A model generated the notes under the pieces. It searched no databases. It saw nothing but the letters and a program-made list of their open reading frames with translations, and was not told the origin of the DNA. A program made the translations under genes and the position numbers. This document shows, in pieces, positions 51,781 to 52,285 of a stretch of 52,285 nucleotides of DNA. The stretch's first letter is position 1; the number at the start of each line of letters is the position of its first letter. The DNA is from Octopus bimaculoides (Eukaryota), in the NCBI RefSeq assembly GCF_001194135.2, contig NC_069001.1, positions 8,827,686-8,879,970 of the forward strand. The letters run 5' to 3'.

Positions 51781-52250
51781 ACCATTATTATTATTGTTTT
51801 CAGTCGTATTTGTTTGTTTGCTCGTGGACAAGATATCTCAAGAACCACTGGATGGATTCAGATGAAACTTTCAGGGATGTTTGACCTCATAACTGGCACG
51901 AACTGATTAGATTTTGGAATCGATCCAGTACCAGACAAGGATTTCTGGATTATTTTCCCTGTTTTTTTTTGTTTTTTTTTTACTTTACATATATATGTGA
52001 AGTTTCTTCATAGTTCTCTTGTACGTGCACACGCATACACACATATACATTTTCAGCGTTGGACATTACCATCCCATCTACATTGTACAAACACACACAC
52101 ACGCAAACATACCTCTCTTTTACACACAAATATACTCACACTTCAAATGCTGTTTATTGATTTTTTTCACTCCCTCCTTCATTATTCATACAACACTCTC
52201 TTTGCCATTTATATCTCCTCGACCTTCACACCTTTCACTCTGGCTCTATT

Positions 52251-52285
<35 letters not shown>

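Noticed and set aside
50229-51865. Mucin-like Thr-rich and Val-rich ORFs
   Set aside because: Trinucleotide low-complexity DNA gives ORFs on both strands; there are no splice or homology cues, and it lies in GNL1 intron 4.
45887-52285. GNL1 exon 5 (expected LSYFEHNLETWRQLWRV-like segment)
   Set aside because: No such coding segment was found; it is probably beyond the window or in the 50559-50874 gap.

Overview
AT-rich, microsatellite-rich animal genomic DNA, most likely from an octopus or other coleoid cephalopod. That assignment is inferred from the tRNA-derived SINE families, RTE tails and dense (TA)n/(CA)n tracts, and was not confirmed by a search. Two spliced genes lie head-to-head. On the minus strand is a complete 10-coding-exon alpha-tubulin N-acetyltransferase gene (ATAT1/MEC-17, 20426->5709, 428 aa; every intron is GT-AG with consistent phase). 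On the plus strand are the first four coding exons (140 aa) of the large-subunit GTPase GNL1 (ATG at 22907), which continues beyond the window. Nearly all other ORFs in the supplied track are artefacts of microsatellites or retroposons. The introns hold many SINEs (three families), RTE, CR1 and RLE-type LINE remnants, TTAA-flanked piggyBac-type MITEs, fold-back elements, several minisatellites and six N gaps. The most notable hidden element is a type I hammerhead ribozyme fold at 15703-15755. It has a palindromic stem III and a G12->A change, lies antisense in an ATAT1 intron, and sits in a 312-bp unit bounded by direct repeats next to a 100-N gap, making it a candidate retrozyme or Penelope-like monomer. 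Also notable is the ATAT1-GNL1 linkage, which mirrors two framework genes of the human MHC class I region.
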